Position numbers and translations under genes: made by a program. The notes beneath the pieces are model-generated. The model had not been told where the DNA came from, made no database searches, and saw nothing but the letters and a program-made list of their open reading frames with translations. Below are positions 24,978 through 33,861 of a stretch of 58,239 nucleotides of DNA, piece by piece. Source of the DNA: Candidatus Omnitrophota bacterium (GTDB lineage Bacteria; Omnitrophota; Gorgyraeia; Gygaellales; Profunditerraquicolaceae); assembly GCA_028716965.1 (NCBI GenBank), contig JAQUOV010000010.1:1-58239 (forward strand), given 5' to 3'. Each line of letters starts with the position of its first letter. Positions within the stretch are counted from its first letter, which is position 1.

Positions 24978-25274
24978 ATGAATATCGCCTCAACATTATT
25001 ATGGGTTCTCGGTATTTTAAACTTCTTTGGCGGCATTGTGCTTGGGATACCTCAAATTTCACAGGGTAGACCGGCAATGTTCCCGTTATATATCTTTATT
25101 GTCGGTATAGCTGCTTGCGTTACGGGGTATTTTCTTAGAAAAAAACGGCGTTCGGCAGGAATATCTGCTATTATAGTAAGCGTGCTATCTTTTATTTCGC
25201 CTCCGGTTATCGGCCTGGTTCTTGGAATCATTATAATAATTCTGGTGGGGATGAAATGGAAAGAGTTAGCTTAG
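24978..25274 (+). CDS. Small integral membrane protein (3 TM)
   Basis: 98 aa with three hydrophobic helices. The RBS AAGGAGGG lies upstream. Confidence 0.5.
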   Translation: MNIASTLLWVLGILNFFGGIVLGIPQISQGRPAMFPLYIFIVGIAACVTGYFLRKKRRSAGISAIIVSVLSFISPPVIGLVLGIIIIILVGMKWKELA

Positions 25275-25384
25275 GCCGGGTCCGCAAGTTTATTACAGGA
25301 TCCGCATTCATCAGCCAGTTGAGAAGTTCGTCTATAAAAAGAGATAAGCGGGCAGAGCGGTGAAAAGGCAGGAGGCCTTTGTAT

Positions 25385-25891
25385 ATGGCTATATTATTGT
25401 TCACTGCGTTGCTGTTGGCCGGAATAATAATAGCGCTTGCAAGGAAGATAGACAATAAATTATTACGCTACCTGGTAATCGCTATCTCCTTAATCTTTGT
25501 AATAGCTATAACCGGGATGATCTGGTCTGTTGTTGATTGGCTTTCTCCGAGGCATTGGGTAGGGGTGTATTCGGTTGTGGATGCTTCCCAGCAAAAAGAA
25601 GGCTTGGCTGAATTCATCCTTCCCAGCGGCGACTATGCGATCGTAGCTTCAAGGGATGACTATAAAACAGATGATAAGCTTATAATTGCTTATGAGCTGG
25701 ATATCCCCAGGGAAAGAATAAAAGTTGTAAACAAAAAAGAGATCAACCTGAGATCAGTGCAAAACTATCTTATGGAGAATATTAAGATCCGCAATAATAT
25801 GGTAAAAGGCGTTTTGCGCGTTAAAATCCTTTTTCCTTCAAAAGGGAAGGTCTCTGTTGGTTTGGTAACCGATCGTTTTGGGGGGATGTAG
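25385..25891 (+). CDS. Hypothetical membrane protein (2 TM plus a soluble domain)
   Basis: ATG 25385 is preferred over the track's TTG 25379 because of its spacing from the GGAGG at 25371-25375. Confidence 0.45.
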   Translation: MAILLFTALLLAGIIIALARKIDNKLLRYLVIAISLIFVIAITGMIWSVVDWLSPRHWVGVYSVVDASQQKEGLAEFILPSGDYAIVASRDDYKTDDKLIIAYELDIPRERIKVVNKKEINLRSVQNYLMENIKIRNNMVKGVLRVKILFPSKGKVSVGLVTDRFGGM

Positions 25892-25964
25892 CCTGGACAT
25901 CCCGATAAAATAATCTACTGCCAAGAGTTTGCTTGGGAGTATAATAATAAAAAAGGAGGCCAAG

Positions 25965-26162
25965 ATGTTTAAAATGCTTAATGAGAAAATGAAGAAAATG
26001 ACGGTTATAGACATAAGCTTGGTCAAGTTTTCATCTTTGCTTTTCGGTATAATTCTGGCTAAACTTTTTCCGGGCCTTCTTAGCCTCGGTTACCCTTTAT
26101 TAATAGTCCTTATTTTGGCCTGCGGGGCAAAACCACTTTATAAGTTCTGGTTGCAGAAATAG
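25965..26162 (+). CDS. Small membrane protein (65 aa)
   Basis: ATG 25965 follows the RBS AAGGAGG. GGGAGTATAAT lies upstream. Two hydrophobic helices. Confidence 0.4.
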   Translation: MFKMLNEKMKKMTVIDISLVKFSSLLFGIILAKLFPGLLSLGYPLLIVLILACGAKPLYKFWLQK

Positions 26163-26257
26163 GAGGGGTTGACTTCTGAGGCCTCCGTGTTAAGATAAAA
26201 AATAAAGGTTCGCGATTTGTTTGTAAAACAGCGTCCCGCTAACTTAAGGAATGAAAG

Positions 26258-26689
26258 ATGTCTAAGATGCAAAAAGCAGGAAATGAAAAGGTAACTCCCC
26301 AGTCTTCCAGGGCGCTTAGGGATTTGATCGGGCTTGGCGTTGTTACTATTTTCGTGCTCATTCTTTCCTATTTCTTTAATATGTTTGCCTTAATCGTAAA
26401 GTTCCTGCGCGATAACCCCGATAAGGTAGTCTACGCCGATGAAATTATTACCGGCCTCCTGACTTTAAGCGTGGGGTTGTCTATTTTTGCCTGGCGCAGA
26501 TGGCTGGAGTTAAAGAAAGAAACAGGCCAGCGCATAAAGAACCAAGAAGAGCTGCTCAGGATGACCGAGACACAGGCAGAAACAGAGAGGATCATCAGCA
26601 AACAGCTTCATCTTGATATGGATCAAATGAAAGAGGATGTACGGGAGATACTCCAGATTCTCCTGAACAAGCACAAAAAGACAATCTAA
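26258..26689 (+). CDS. Hypothetical membrane protein with a C-terminal coiled coil
   Basis: 143 aa with two TM helices followed by a charged helical tail. Confidence 0.45.
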   Translation: MSKMQKAGNEKVTPQSSRALRDLIGLGVVTIFVLILSYFFNMFALIVKFLRDNPDKVVYADEIITGLLTLSVGLSIFAWRRWLELKKETGQRIKNQEELLRMTETQAETERIISKQLHLDMDQMKEDVREILQILLNKHKKTI

Positions 26690-26729
26690 TCCGCCTTATC
26701 CGCTGTTTTCGCTGGGATCCCCGAATTTA

Positions 26730-26776
26730 CCCCTGTAATATTAAATTCTTGCAGGGGTTTTTGTTTGGAGTATAAT
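26730..26776 (+). promoter_or_regulatory. Repeated intergenic module, copy 3
   Basis: Components: hairpin CCCCTG..CAGGGG followed by TTTTT; promoter TTGCAG-16-TATAAT. It lies upstream of the antiporter gene. Confidence 0.6.
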
Positions 26777-26813
26777 CTTATACGGCTATGGAAAGGTAAA
26801 AGGGAGGCAGTAT

Positions 26814-28031
26814 ATGAGCAATATCCTGATCGTAGGGATAATAATTTTTGTCGGTTTTATAATAGGCCAGATATTCCAGAGATTCAGGCTTCCCAAGATC
26901 TTAGGTTATTTGCTTGCAGGCGTCTTGTTAAACCCAAGCGTATGCGGCTTTGTCCCGAAGGATATAACGACCCGCACGGATATAATTGAGAATATCGCCA
27001 TTGCCTTCATCGCTTTTTCCATCGGCGGGATAATGATTTTCCCGGAGTTAAAGAAGCTGGGGAAGGGGATTATCTATATCACTATATTTGAAGCGCAGGT
27101 AACGTTTCTGGTTATCACGCTTGGATTTATCATCGCGCTTCCCTTTATCGCGCATATCCCTGCAGCCGGCTGGTTTGCGACATTCATACCTTTGAGCCTT
27201 TTGTTAGGATGTTTAGGCTCTCCCACCGACCCTTCGGTTGCCTTGGCGGTTACGCACCAGTACAACGCAAAAGGAGAGCTTGCCTCAACGATGTTAAATG
27301 TTGCCGGTTTTGACGATATACTCGGCATAATTAATTTTAGCGTAGCCGTGGTTATAGCAAAGGCTGTCATCACGCATGAAGCATTCAGTGTTTATAATGC
27401 CCTTATCGTGCCGGTCTTTATAATCGCAGGCTCAGTGGTTTTGGGCGCCGCATTAGGGGCTATCTTTAATTTCCTGGCAAACAAAATTACAAAGCAGACA
27501 GAGGGCGTGCTTTTTGTGCTGATATTGAGTTTTCTGACCTTATGCTGGGGTGTTGCTGCTTTTATCAATGTTGAGGAGATACTTTCCGTAATGGTGATGG
27601 GGATCGTGGTGGTTAATTTTAACCCTATGCGCGAAAAGATATTCAAAATGCTGGAGAGGTATTCAGAAGAACTTGTATTCCTGCTGTTCTTTACGTTAAG
27701 CGGGATGCATCTTGATTTTAGCGTAATCTCTACAGCTTCCGTCTTGTTGGCCTTCTTTGTGATTTACAGGATAATCGGTAAATTTGCCGGGACTTTTATC
27801 GGCGCAGGAATCGCGCACTCCTCTCCAGCTGTAAAAAAATATACGGCGACAGGCTTAATCCCTTTCGGCGGGATCGTTATAGGGCTGGCCTTGATAATGC
27901 ACCAGGACCCGGCTTTTAGCAAGATATCCGGGTTTCTCGTGAGTACGATAGTGGGAGCTACAATTATAAATGAATTTATAGGGCCTATCCTTGTGAAAAA
28001 AGTCCTTAAAAGCGCCGGTGAGATACGCTAA
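26814..28031 (+). CDS. Cation:proton antiporter (Na+/H+ exchanger family, CPA-type)
   Basis: 405 aa and polytopic. The N-terminus ..IFQRFRLPKILGYLLAGVLLNPS.. is typical of Na_H_Exchanger proteins. Confidence 0.8.
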   Translation: MSNILIVGIIIFVGFIIGQIFQRFRLPKILGYLLAGVLLNPSVCGFVPKDITTRTDIIENIAIAFIAFSIGGIMIFPELKKLGKGIIYITIFEAQVTFLVITLGFIIALPFIAHIPAAGWFATFIPLSLLLGCLGSPTDPSVALAVTHQYNAKGELASTMLNVAGFDDILGIINFSVAVVIAKAVITHEAFSVYNALIVPVFIIAGSVVLGAALGAIFNFLANKITKQTEGVLFVLILSFLTLCWGVAAFINVEEILSVMVMGIVVVNFNPMREKIFKMLERYSEELVFLLFFTLSGMHLDFSVISTASVLLAFFVIYRIIGKFAGTFIGAGIAHSSPAVKKYTATGLIPFGGIVIGLALIMHQDPAFSKISGFLVSTIVGATIINEFIGPILVKKVLKSAGEIR

Positions 28032-28077
28032 AATATGTTTGATACCATCATAAAGCCGCGTTTTCTTTAACCATCGT

Positions 28078-29904
28078 ATGCCTGAAAACCTTCGGGTCAA
28101 TATATTAGGGGTTTCGTGTTTTTACCATGATAGCGCGGCCTGTTTAGTGCGCGACGGGGAGATTGTCTCTGCCGCGCAAGAGGAGCGCTTCACGCGCAGG
28201 AAGCATGACCCCAGTTTCCCCTTAAATGCCATTAATTACTGCCTTAAAGAAGCCGGCATTTCCGCGCAGGGGCTGGATATTGTCGCATTTTACGATAAGC
28301 CTTTCATCAAATTTGAGCGCATCCTTGAGACCGCACTCACTTATGCCCCAAGCGGCATAACTCAATTCATAGAAGCGATCCCCCCTTGGCTTAAACAAAA
28401 ACTCTGGGTTACCGAGTTGATCAGAAGGGACCTGGGTTTTAACGGAAAGATTATTTTTACTCAACATCATGAGTCGCATGCCGCAAGCGCTTTTTACCCC
28501 TCGCCTTTTAAGCAAGCTGCGTTTTTGACGATAGACGGAGTTGGGGAGTGGGAGACAGCCAGTTTTGGAATCGGCAAAGGTAATGATTTAGATATTCAAC
28601 AATATCTCAGGTTCCCCAACTCATTGGGTTTGCTGTATTCCGCGTTTACTTATTATACCGGATTTAGGGTTAACTCCGGAGAATACAAGCTTATGGGCCT
28701 GGCTCCTTACGGCAAGCCTATATATAGAGACCTGATCCTTAAGGAGTTGCTTGATTTAAAGGAAGATGGTTCCTTTAGGATGAATATGAAATATTTCGGG
28801 TTTTGTAATAGCTTACGCATGACTAACTGGCGTTTTGACCGTCTTTTTGGCGGCCCGCCAAGAAAACCCGGGGCGGAGATAACCAAAAGATATATGGATA
28901 TTGCTGCTTCTGTGCAGGCTGTGACAGAGGATATTGTGTTTAAGATGGCCTCATATGTTCATAAAGTTACCGGCCAGGATAAGCTTTGCCTTGCCGGAGG
29001 GGTGGCGTTAAATTGCGTGGCAAACGGCCGGGTACTGCGGGAAGGCCCATTCAATGATATCTGGATACAGCCGGCAAGCGGTGACGCCGGAGGCGCATTA
29101 GGTGCGGCGCTTTTGGCATGGCATAAGTATTTAGGCAATAAACGTATTGTTGACGGATCCAGGGATCTGCAGAAGACATCTCTTTTGGGACCTGCTTACG
29201 GCGATGACTACATTGAGGCTTTTTTGAATGGGAAGAATATCCCATACAAACGGTTAAATTATAATGATATAATAAGAGAATCCTCGGATCTAATTATTTC
29301 CGGCAAAGTGATCGGCTGGTTTCAGGGCAGGATGGAGTTTGGCCCGCGCGCTTTAGGCTCAAGGAGCATTATCGGCGACGCGCGTAATCCGGATATGCAG
29401 TCCAGGATGAACCTTAAGATAAAATACCGTGAATCTTTTCGGCCGTTTGCCCCGGCGGTTTTAAGGGATAAGGCCGCGGAATGGTTTGAGTTAAATAAGG
29501 AAAGCCCGTATATGCTTTTGACGGCAGGAGTAAAACCTGAAAAAAAGCTTAAAGTAAGCAACGACGCCGAGGGGCTTGATAAACTGAAAATAACGCGTTC
29601 ATTGATTCCGGCAGTAACCCATGTGGATTATTCCGCCCGCCTTCAGACGGTAAAAAGGGAGGAGAGCCCGCTTTTTTATGATTTGATCCAGGCATTTTTC
29701 CAAAAGACAGGATGCCCGGTTATCATCAACACATCTTTTAACGTCAGAGGTGAGCCTTTGGTTTTAAGCCCCGAGGATGCCTACAGGTGTTTTATGCGTA
29801 CGGATATAGATTGTCTGGTATTGGGAAGTTTCTTGTTGCATAAAAAAGATCAGCCTGGCGTTGGAAAAGACACAAGTTGGCAGAAGGAACTTGAATTAGA
29901 TTAA
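28078..29904 (+). CDS. Carbamoyltransferase (NodU/CmcH family)
   Basis: ILGVSCFYHDSAACLVRDGEIVSAAQEERFTRRKHD, LAGGVALNCVANG, and the C-terminal SFNVRGEPLV motif. Confidence 0.9.
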   Translation: MPENLRVNILGVSCFYHDSAACLVRDGEIVSAAQEERFTRRKHDPSFPLNAINYCLKEAGISAQGLDIVAFYDKPFIKFERILETALTYAPSGITQFIEAIPPWLKQKLWVTELIRRDLGFNGKIIFTQHHESHAASAFYPSPFKQAAFLTIDGVGEWETASFGIGKGNDLDIQQYLRFPNSLGLLYSAFTYYTGFRVNSGEYKLMGLAPYGKPIYRDLILKELLDLKEDGSFRMNMKYFGFCNSLRMTNWRFDRLFGGPPRKPGAEITKRYMDIAASVQAVTEDIVFKMASYVHKVTGQDKLCLAGGVALNCVANGRVLREGPFNDIWIQPASGDAGGALGAALLAWHKYLGNKRIVDGSRDLQKTSLLGPAYGDDYIEAFLNGKNIPYKRLNYNDIIRESSDLIISGKVIGWFQGRMEFGPRALGSRSIIGDARNPDMQSRMNLKIKYRESFRPFAPAVLRDKAAEWFELNKESPYMLLTAGVKPEKKLKVSNDAEGLDKLKITRSLIPAVTHVDYSARLQTVKREESPLFYDLIQAFFQKTGCPVIINTSFNVRGEPLVLSPEDAYRCFMRTDIDCLVLGSFLLHKKDQPGVGKDTSWQKELELD

Positions 29905-29905
29905 G

Positions 29906-30304
29906 ATGGAAAAGCTGAATTTGGATAAAAAGACGTTAAGAAAGTTTGGGATAACCATGGCTGTAGCGTTTTTATTTATTTCCAGCCTGTTTTTCTTCCG
30001 CCAGAAATATAATGTTGCCGTAAATAGCCTGGTAATTTCGTGTTTATTTATGGTAATCGGTTTGGCTTTCCCTGTTTTGTTAAAGCCGGTATATATAGCC
30101 TGGATGCGTTTTGCTTTTGTCCTGGGATGGATTAACACAAAAATTATCCTGGTTGTCCTGTTTTACCTGGTTTTTGCGCCGACAGGCTTGTTAATGCGTT
30201 TATGCGGGGTTGACTTGTTGGAAAGAAAAAACAAGCCAGCCTCATATTGGAAGAAAAAGGAGCAGGAGGAGAGCGGCATTTCAAGTTACGAAAGGAGATT
30301 CTAG
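29906..30304 (+). CDS. SxtJ-like small membrane protein
   Basis: 132 aa with 3-4 TM helices, immediately after the carbamoyltransferase. This position and size are typical of SxtJ homologues. Confidence 0.55.
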   Translation: MEKLNLDKKTLRKFGITMAVAFLFISSLFFFRQKYNVAVNSLVISCLFMVIGLAFPVLLKPVYIAWMRFAFVLGWINTKIILVVLFYLVFAPTGLLMRLCGVDLLERKNKPASYWKKKEQEESGISSYERRF

Positions 30305-30308
30305 CCTC

Positions 30309-30467
30309 ATGGGCAAGCTAAGTATTTTGAATGAGTTTTGGGGGTTCCTAAAGACAAGAAAGAAATGGTGGCTTGGTCCGATAATCATAATACTCTTGTT
30401 GTTGGGCGTGCTTATATTTTTTGCGCAGAGCAGCTCGGTCGCTCCTTTTATGTATACCTTATTTTAA
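30309..30467 (+). CDS. DUF5989 (SxtK-like) small membrane protein
   Basis: The in-frame ATG at 30309 gives MGKLSILNEFWGFLKTRKKWWLGPIIIILLLLGVLIFFAQSSSVAPFMYTLF, the family-typical pattern. The longer track ORF overlaps the upstream gene. Confidence 0.7.
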   Translation: MGKLSILNEFWGFLKTRKKWWLGPIIIILLLLGVLIFFAQSSSVAPFMYTLF

Positions 30468-30497
30468 AATAAGGATTTATAAATTAAGAAGGAGGCA

Positions 30498-30680
30498 GTG
30501 ATGATTGATATGGAAGTCCTGAAAATAGCATTATCAAAAGAAAAGGACGCAATAGAGACTTATCAGGAGATGCTCTCGCAGCACCCAAACCTGACAGAGT
30601 TGCTTTCGCTTTTGATTACAGAGGAGCAGAAACACAAGATAATGATTGAGAAGAAGATCATTGAATTAACGCGTAATTGA
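30498..30680 (+). CDS. Hypothetical small helical protein
   Basis: 60 aa. The RBS AAGGAGG lies upstream. No family recognised. Confidence 0.3.
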   Translation: MMIDMEVLKIALSKEKDAIETYQEMLSQHPNLTELLSLLITEEQKHKIMIEKKIIELTRN

Positions 30681-30711
30681 CCAGGCGCGTAATTCCAATC
30701 ACGGAGGAAAT

Positions 30712-31554
30712 ATGCGTAAATTCATCTTATTATTCCAGTGCCGGGACCAGCAGGGCATCGTCGCCAGGATCTCTGATTTTATATTCAGGCACGGCGGCAA
30801 TATCGTTGCCGCTGACCAGTATAGCACGGACCCGGAAGGCGGATATTTCTTTATGCGCGTGGAGTTTGTAGTCGGCAAAGGGCAATATGACAGGGATTTG
30901 TTAGAGAGAGAGTTTGTGGCAATAGGCAAAGAATTCCTGGCGCAGTGGAAGATTGTTGACAAATCCGAAACCCTGCGCATGGGTATATTCGTATCCGAGG
31001 CAGACCATTGCCTGATTGACCTTCTTTATCTTTGTGTATCGGGGGAGCTTGATGTAAAGGTACCGTTTGTCTTAAGCAACAGCGAGAAACACCGCAGGCT
31101 GTTAACGCAGCACAACATCCCATTCTACTATGTGCCTGCCAATAAGGAAAACCGGCGCGAAGCGGAATTATTATCCTATGCGCTTGATGCTACTGATTTT
31201 TTGGTGCTCGCGCGTTATATGCTCATGCTCTCCCCGGAATTCCTGATGAAATATAATAAAGACATAATCAACATCCATCATGGATTCCTGCCTGCTTTTA
31301 AAGGCGCTGACCCTTACGGCCGGGCGCTTGAAGAAGGGGTGAAGGTCATCGGCGCGACAGCGCATTTTGTAAACGATAAACTTGATGAAGGCCCGATTAT
31401 CTCCCAGGAAGTGGAGCATGTTTCCCATAAAGACAACCGGCAGGTACTCATCAGAAAAGGAAGGAACCTGGAGAAAAAGGCTTTAGCCAGCGCGGTTTTG
31501 AATTATGTTGATTACCGTATCATCAGGCATGAGAATAAAACCATCGTTTTCTAA
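30712..31554 (+). CDS. purU: Formyltetrahydrofolate deformylase
   Basis: N-terminal ACT domain (CRDQQGIVARISDFIFRHGGNIV), then formyltransferase motifs INIHHGFLPAFKGADPY, GVKVIGATAHFV and LDEGPIISQ. Confidence 0.9.
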   Translation: MRKFILLFQCRDQQGIVARISDFIFRHGGNIVAADQYSTDPEGGYFFMRVEFVVGKGQYDRDLLEREFVAIGKEFLAQWKIVDKSETLRMGIFVSEADHCLIDLLYLCVSGELDVKVPFVLSNSEKHRRLLTQHNIPFYYVPANKENRREAELLSYALDATDFLVLARYMLMLSPEFLMKYNKDIINIHHGFLPAFKGADPYGRALEEGVKVIGATAHFVNDKLDEGPIISQEVEHVSHKDNRQVLIRKGRNLEKKALASAVLNYVDYRIIRHENKTIVF

Positions 31555-31583
31555 AAACAAATGGCAGTATATCCGGGAGGGGG

Positions 31584-33035
31584 ATGGCTAAAAAAGTAGC
31601 GATTGTCGGCGCAGGCGTAGGCGGGCTGGCAACGGCCGCGCGCCTTGCGTATGACGGGTATGATGTGGAAGTATTTGAAAGACTCCCTGAATGCGGCGGG
31701 CGCAACCATCTGCTTGAAGATGCGGGATTCAAATTTGATATGGGGCCGTCATTTGTGCTTATGCCGGATTTCTTTGAGGAGGTTTTTTCTTATTGCGCGG
31801 AGCATCTTAAAGATTACCTGGAGCTGCGCGTTATTGACCCCAGCTATAAGATTTTTTATGCAGACGGAGAAACCCTCACCGTGCACCGGGACAGCAGGCG
31901 AACGAAGGAAGAGCTGGAGCGGATAGAAAAGGGGTCTGCCAAACAATTTGATAAGTTTATCGCCGAGACGGCCAGGATATACGGCATAATCAAGCCCTTG
32001 CTTTATAAATGCGTAACCTATAAAGCGTTGGCCAATCCTTATTATTGGAGCTTGATAGGATCGATCCGCGCCTTCCAGTCATATTGGCAGCTTGCCCGTA
32101 AATATTTTAAAAGCGATAAGCTTTGTTACGCCTTTACATTTGAAGCGATGTTCATGGGGGTCTCTCCGTACCAGGCCCCGGCTTTCTATAGCGTAATTAG
32201 TTACACTGACCATGTGCAAAAAATAGCTCATCCCATGGGGGGCATGTACAAGATACCCTTGGCACTGGAAAAGCTATCCCGGAAATTCGGCGCGAAGATA
32301 AATTATGATTGCCCGATAGAAGATATCGCCCAGGCAAATGGGCAGATATCGCTTAAACATGGCAGGGGCCAAATTAAAGCCGATTATGCGGTAATCAACG
32401 CTGATTACGCCTATGCCCAAACCGACCTGCTCAAGCGTAAAATACCCGGTTTCAAATACTCCTGCTCTACTTATTTAATTTATCTAGGGATTAAAAATAA
32501 GTTAAAAAACCTCGCGCACCATAATTTATTCTTCAGCAGGGATTTAAATAAGAACCTGGAACAGATATTCAATGAGAAGATAATTCCGGAAGACCCTTCC
32601 TTTTATGTGCATGTGCCTACAGTAACCGATACCTCTTTAGCTCCCGCGGGGAAAGAGATACTGTATTTATTGATCCCTGTGCCTAACCTGATGAACGCCA
32701 AAGATGCCTTGTTAAGGCATCAAGAGAGGATAAGGAGGCTGGTTTTTGATAAAATAAATAGTTTATGCGGATGTAACCTTGATCAGTTGATTGAAGTTGA
32801 AGATTGTTTTTACCCGGAGGACTTCATTGGCCGCTATAACATTAAATACGCAGCTACTTTCGGCCTGGCGCATAACTTGACCCAGAGCGCATTTTTCCGG
32901 CCCGCTAATTTTGATTCAAAGATAAAGAACCTGTATTACGCCGGCGCAAGCACGCAGCCCGGAGGCGGGCTGCCGGTGGTTATTGCCGGTTCGCGCATAG
33001 TGGCGGATCTGATTAAGCGCAAGAGTAGCTCTTGA
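31584..33035 (+). CDS. crtI: Phytoene desaturase family protein (CrtI-like)
   Basis: FAD fold VAIVGAGVGGLATAARLA..EVFE, and the C-terminal YYAGASTQPGGGLPVV. 483 aa. Confidence 0.8.
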   Translation: MAKKVAIVGAGVGGLATAARLAYDGYDVEVFERLPECGGRNHLLEDAGFKFDMGPSFVLMPDFFEEVFSYCAEHLKDYLELRVIDPSYKIFYADGETLTVHRDSRRTKEELERIEKGSAKQFDKFIAETARIYGIIKPLLYKCVTYKALANPYYWSLIGSIRAFQSYWQLARKYFKSDKLCYAFTFEAMFMGVSPYQAPAFYSVISYTDHVQKIAHPMGGMYKIPLALEKLSRKFGAKINYDCPIEDIAQANGQISLKHGRGQIKADYAVINADYAYAQTDLLKRKIPGFKYSCSTYLIYLGIKNKLKNLAHHNLFFSRDLNKNLEQIFNEKIIPEDPSFYVHVPTVTDTSLAPAGKEILYLLIPVPNLMNAKDALLRHQERIRRLVFDKINSLCGCNLDQLIEVEDCFYPEDFIGRYNIKYAATFGLAHNLTQSAFFRPANFDSKIKNLYYAGASTQPGGGLPVVIAGSRIVADLIKRKSSS

Positions 33036-33861
33036 TTTTTCGGATAACCTCCCGGATGGTTGATTCGGGAGTGGAGGCGCCTGCAGTTATCCCGACGTTT
33101 TTAACCGTATCCAGCCAGCTCCTTTTGATTTCGCGGCTTGAATTAACCCAATAGCTTTTATCGTTTAAGGATTTTGATATTTCATAAATCCTTTTGGTGT
33201 TGGCGCTTGATTTAGAGCCGATGACGATGACTACCTCATTTTTTAGCGGCAAAACCTTGATCTCATTTTGTTTTGCCCGCGTCGGCTTGCAGATGGTGTT
33301 ATGAAACCGCACTTTACCGATATTGGCGCGTAGAATATCAAATATCTTTTGCACCTTCTCCAGGTTTTGCGTTGATTGCAGGACCACCCCGGCTTTTCCG
33401 ATAGAGCTTATCTTTTTAAGCGGGATATTCTCCGGTTTATCAATAACAACCGCTTTAGTCTTAAGCTGGCCGACAATCCCCTTGACTTCATCATGAGACT
33501 TATCCCCGATGACGATTATCTTAAAACCCTTATTTTCTAATTTCTTGGCAATGGCATGTATTTCTTTGACCATCGGGCAGGTGGCGTCAATAACCGAATA
33601 ACCCAGTTTTTTTGCCTTTTGCAGCGTATCTCTTGAACAGCCATGCGCGCGGATTAGCAGTATTCTTTCTCTCCTTCCGGCAGTAAGACGGTAAATTTTT
33701 TTAATCCCGGCTTTTTGAATTTGCCTGACCACCTCTTCATTATGCACGATATCCCCGAGCATAAATACCGGCTTGTTGTTTCTTGCGGTATCCATGGCTA
33801 TATTAATTGCCCTTCTTACCCCGAAACAGAACCCCGCTGAAGTTGCCAGGTTTATTTTCAT
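33013..33861 (-). CDS. ispH: 4-hydroxy-3-methylbut-2-enyl diphosphate reductase
   Basis: AGFCFGVRRAI, DATCPMV and HNTICKPT Cys motifs; GSKSSANT. Its 3' end overlaps the crtI 3' end by 23 nt (convergent genes). Confidence 0.9.
   Translation of the reverse strand: MKINLATSAGFCFGVRRAINIAMDTARNNKPVFMLGDIVHNEEVVRQIQKAGIKKIYRLTAGRRERILLIRAHGCSRDTLQKAKKLGYSVIDATCPMVKEIHAIAKKLENKGFKIIVIGDKSHDEVKGIVGQLKTKAVVIDKPENIPLKKISSIGKAGVVLQSTQNLEKVQKIFDILRANIGKVRFHNTICKPTRAKQNEIKVLPLKNEVVIVIGSKSSANTKRIYEISKSLNDKSYWVNSSREIKRSWLDTVKNVGITAGASTPESTIREVIRKIKSYSCA

Noticed and set aside
21561-26776. Integron attC sites / gene-cassette array interpretation of the repeated hairpin modules
   Set aside because: The hairpins lack the RYYYAAC / GTTRRRY core sites and the extrahelical-base architecture of attC. 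No intI integrase is present. The conserved part contains clear -35/-10 hexamers instead.
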